From: Podarcis gaigeae
Lineage: Eukaryota
Length of the DNA: 64,000 nucleotides
Reading direction: 5' to 3' (one strand)
NCBI GenBank assembly: GCA_964106915.2
Contig: OZ066921.1
The notes under the pieces are model-generated. The model had not been told where the DNA came from. It saw only the letters and a program-made list of their open reading frames with translations, and made no database searches. Shown one piece after another: positions 61,601 to 64,000 of this stretch (positions are counted from its first letter, which is position 1; every line of letters begins with the position of its first letter). The translations under genes and the position numbers were made by a program.

Positions 61601-63044
61601 TACTCCTTGGAGAAAAGGATGGGATATAAATGTAATAAGCAAGCTCTTTTGCTGACCTACTACTTAAGAAAGCTGTTGATGCCAGCCAGATGAAGATGTT
61701 AGTTGCCAACCTGGCAACCACGTGGTTGCAATTGGACCCATGCCAGTAGAAAAATGCACCTGGCTATCACAATTTCTATCACAACAAAGCACATGCTCTA
61801 CCATGGGCATAGCCAGGTGGGGTGCAGGGGGCAGCTGTCCCCCACTACATCAAGTAAATAAATAGAAATACTTAACTGACCATTTGCACTGCAGGTAACT
61901 CTGTTCTGCCCCCCTAACAAAAAGATACCCCCCCCCCTCAAAAAAATCCTGCCTATGCCTATTTGCTCTACTACTACACTATGACAGTGGTGTAGCCTAT
62001 TCCCCTTCAGGAACACAGAGAGAAAATGTGAGGGGCCTCTTGTTTACAAATACCAGCTGCCTTCAGCATGTGCTCCAACAGACACCACCTTCACATATCC
62101 TCGCAGAACCCATCTGCTGCTCCAACGACCAACCCTGCAGGCTCCATGCCGCCACCCCCATTCTGACATGTGTTCCCCCAGGATCTCTACTCCCCCACTG
62201 TGACAGACACTCCTTCACGCACACACCCTACGATCCATCCCCTGGCTCTGAGATGCTCCTTCTGTGACCATCACACACTCACACACTTCCTTCCCTCGCT
62301 TAGCAACCCTCCTTGCTCTGACAGGTACCCCCTCCACTCACTCACATACCCACAGGCATGACCCACAGGTACCTCCACCACCCCACCCCGCAAGATTCAC
62401 AAAATCCACAACCCCTGCGAAAGGCCCCCCTTCCCTTCACCCACCCCAGAATCCACTCCCTGGCTCCCGAGGACCCGCCTCCTCCTCCTCCTCCGTTCTG
62501 ACAGCCACCTGCGCCCGAGAAGCCTAACAGCCTTCCTTCCCCAGGGTAGGGAACGCGAAAGGCCTCTTGTTTACAATCCCCAGCTCCCTCCAGCACTTTC
62601 CCCCGCTGCCTCGCTCCGACAGGCACCTTTTCCCTCCTCCGCGGGGCCCACTACGCTCAGCCCCGTTTCCGAGGGGCTCCCCTCCCCCAGCCCCATGGTC
62701 ACTCTGAGAAGCTCCCCACAGGATCCGAGCCCTTCCCCCGCCCCTCCTCACCTGGCTCGGGAGGCCCGTTGGGAGGAGGAGGCGGCGGCTGAGGCGGCGC
62801 GCGGTCCCTGCTGCTGCCGAGGCGGGTTCCTCCTGGCTCGAGGCGGCGGCGGCCTCCGCGACTCGCGCTCCCCAACGAAGGCGCCCCATGAAGAGCGCGA
62901 AGCCGCCGGCCGAGGCGCCCCAGACGTCGAGGCGTCCCCGTCTGCCGCGGCCGGTTCCTGAAGGCGGCTTGCGGCGGCGGCTGGCGACTCGGGTTCCTCG
63001 ACCGCCGGCGCAAAGTCCACGTCCATCGCTTCCTGGTGGGACAT
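52499..63044 (-). CDS. RFWD3: E3 ubiquitin ligase RFWD3 (FANCW), complete CDS, 12 coding exons, 712 aa
   Basis: Exons join in frame (2139 nt including TGA). RING: [46 protein letters not shown]. Coiled coil: [17 protein letters not shown]-terminal WD40 repeats end ...KMVKIYKWQ*. Adjacent to GLG1, as in human. Confidence 0.97.
53244..53461 (-). CDS. RFWD3: RFWD3 coding exon 11
   Basis: [13 protein letters not shown]...[36 protein letters not shown]; CAG/GTACCA. Confidence 0.95.
54069..54283 (-). CDS. RFWD3: RFWD3 coding exon 10 (WD40)
   Basis: [11 protein letters not shown]...[24 protein letters not shown]; CAG/GTAAGT. Confidence 0.96.
55002..55178 (-). CDS. RFWD3: RFWD3 coding exon 9 (WD40)
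   Basis: [44 protein letters not shown]...QKS; CAG/GTATCG. Confidence 0.96.
55408..55558 (-). CDS. RFWD3: RFWD3 coding exon 8 (WD40)
   Basis: GCGIKMMS...[11 protein letters not shown]...[14 protein letters not shown]; CAG/GTGAGT. Confidence 0.96.
55703..55931 (-). CDS. RFWD3: RFWD3 coding exon 7
   Basis: ELKALMARH...[42 protein letters not shown]; TAG/GTGAGT. Confidence 0.95.
57003..57117 (-). CDS. RFWD3: RFWD3 coding exon 6 (coiled coil)
   Basis: [38 protein letters not shown]; CAG/GTAGGT. Confidence 0.95.
57629..57720 (-). CDS. RFWD3: RFWD3 coding exon 5
   Basis: [30 protein letters not shown]; TAG/GTATAT. Confidence 0.95.
58723..58926 (-). CDS. RFWD3: RFWD3 coding exon 4 (RING finger)
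   Basis: TTPLKR...[11 protein letters not shown]...[23 protein letters not shown]; CAG/GTAAAA. Confidence 0.97.
59024..59115 (-). CDS. RFWD3: RFWD3 coding exon 3
   Basis: (V)[30 protein letters not shown]; phase 1->0 bridges the flanking exons; CAG/GTACGA. Confidence 0.8.
59954..60192. mobile_element. Tc1/mariner MITE, subfamily B
   Basis: TA|CAGTCATAGCTCGG ... CCGAGGTATGACTG|TA; CpG-rich interior. Confidence 0.85.
60282..60490 (-). CDS. RFWD3: RFWD3 coding exon 2
   Basis: [15 protein letters not shown]...[12 protein letters not shown]...EEEEE...ANLG; CAG/GTTTGT. Confidence 0.88.
61450..61640 (+). mobile_element. tRNA-derived CORE-SINE
   Basis: Same layout as 43235-43460. Confidence 0.8.
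61802..61963. mobile_element. hAT-type MITE
   Basis: Imperfect TIR (ATGGGCATAGCCAGG / ATAGGCATAGGCAGG); perfect 8-bp TSD tgctctac (61794-61801 / 61964-61971). Confidence 0.8.
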
Positions 63045-63430
63045 GTCCTCCCCTCAGAGGGGAGGGAAGGGACCCAGGAGTCCGGGCCTGACTCTCCCTC
63101 AACTGCAGTCGCTCGAGCGCCCCGCCGCTGCTCCGCCTCCAGCTCCCGCGGCCCCTATTGGTTGCTCGTTCAGCCGCGAAAGGCCGAGCGCGAAAGCAGG
63201 CTTCGGCTCCTATTGGGACAGAGCGGAGCGTACGTCGCATTTCCATTGGGCTATACGTCTGTCAATTTTGGAGAGGGTGGGAAACGCTTCTGAAGGGCCC
63301 CGCCCTCTGCGAGCGGAAGGGAAAAGTTGAGGTCGCAAATGGCAAGGTGCATGAGCAGAAAGGGTTCAAAGACTGACAACTGCAATAGCCATAGGCGGGG
63401 CGGGACTTCCGGTTTTTGACCCGAAGCGTC
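62410..63430 (-). promoter_or_regulatory. RFWD3 CpG island/promoter (CCAAT x3, E2F x2, GC box, ETS)
   Basis: ATTGG (CCAAT on minus) at 63157, 63212, 63245; TTTCGCGG 63174-63181 and TTTCGCGC 63188-63195 (minus); GGGGCGGGAC 63397-63406; ACTTCCGG 63405-63412. Confidence 0.85.
62752..63044 (-). CDS. RFWD3: RFWD3 coding exon 1
   Basis: [10 protein letters not shown]... resembles human MAHEAMEYD; lies in the CpG island; donor AG|GTGAGG, phase 2, matches the next exon. Confidence 0.85.
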
Positions 63431-64000
63431 AAGTGACAGCTCTTCACAGCATACAATGGGGAAAATGCAGAATTTTACCATAGTTCACCGCAGTGCATTG
63501 TACTGTACAAGCAAAGATAAATGTCGGCCCTTCTTCTGGCTCAGATATTAATGCCACAAACCCACACTAGAAGTTTCATGAGAAAAGGGAGCGGAAGGGT
63601 ATTATCTGTTCAGAACCAAGCTGAACCTGTCACGTTCCCGATCAATTATAGCCTGTACCAGCAAGGCTAAGGTCTCTCCCCCTCCCCCGCCCCAATTACT
63701 TGGTCCATGGTCCAGCGAGACTTGAAACCCGTCCTTGAGATTTTAAAGCAAAAACGGGGTTCAGCTGAAGCATGTGAGCAACCCAACAATTGAAAACCTG
63801 CAAAATATTGGGTCAATATCACCATATGGAGAAGCGAGGGGTCTTCCCAGATGAGTGTGTGCTATAACATCTTTATTCCATTTTGTACCTTTGTCTATTT
63901 CTGTTTACTATTCTGTTTACCTTGCTAAGTTTGATGCTGACAGGACATGACTTTAGTGATAAATAGCTAACCAATTATCTTGCATGCTTCTTGAATCATG

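Noticed and set aside
63365-63370. TTTGAA (CHR-like) on the minus strand
   Set aside because: It lies upstream of the CCAAT boxes and far from the likely TSS; a 6-mer alone is not evidence.
62342-63481. Long ORFs (e.g. 240 aa at 62524-63246) in the RFWD3 CpG island
   Set aside because: GC-rich shadow ORFs with no recognisable domain; the real frame starts at 63044.
63872-63877. Minus-strand AATAAA as the 3' end of the next gene (MLKL in mammals)
   Set aside because: No coding exon of that gene is visible in the window and there is no GU-rich downstream element.
1-64000. CRISPR arrays, prokaryotic operons or defence systems
   Set aside because: The window is intron-rich vertebrate DNA with no repeat-spacer array or intronless gene cluster.

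Overview
This is vertebrate genomic DNA, most likely a squamate and probably a lacertid lizard (inferred from a full-length Sauria SINE and squamate-type repeats). Two spliced genes lie in tandem on the minus strand, in the same order as in mammals. RFWD3/FANCW (RING-WD40 E3 ligase) is complete: 12 coding exons, 63044->52499, 712 aa. GLG1/ESL-1/CFR-1 is partial: coding exons 1-18, 49405->344, 830 codons, with the 3' exons outside the window. I reconstructed all 30 exons by hand with GT-AG boundaries and consistent phases. Each gene starts in a CpG island. The introns carry SINEs, L1/L2/RTE fragments and many Tc1/mariner- and hAT-type MITEs, and there is a 128-N assembly gap. The most striking non-genic signal is a pair of ~250-bp Penelope-like fold-back insertions in GLG1 introns 1 and 3. 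Each is a perfect 89-94 bp inverted repeat with its own target-site duplication, and each arm carries a minimal hammerhead ribozyme core. Also notable: the PCNA-binding motif reported in the human RFWD3 WD40 region is not conserved here, while a PIP-like LDSYF motif lies in the N-terminus. No CRISPR, rRNA or true tRNA genes were seen. Most ORFs in the supplied track are spurious.
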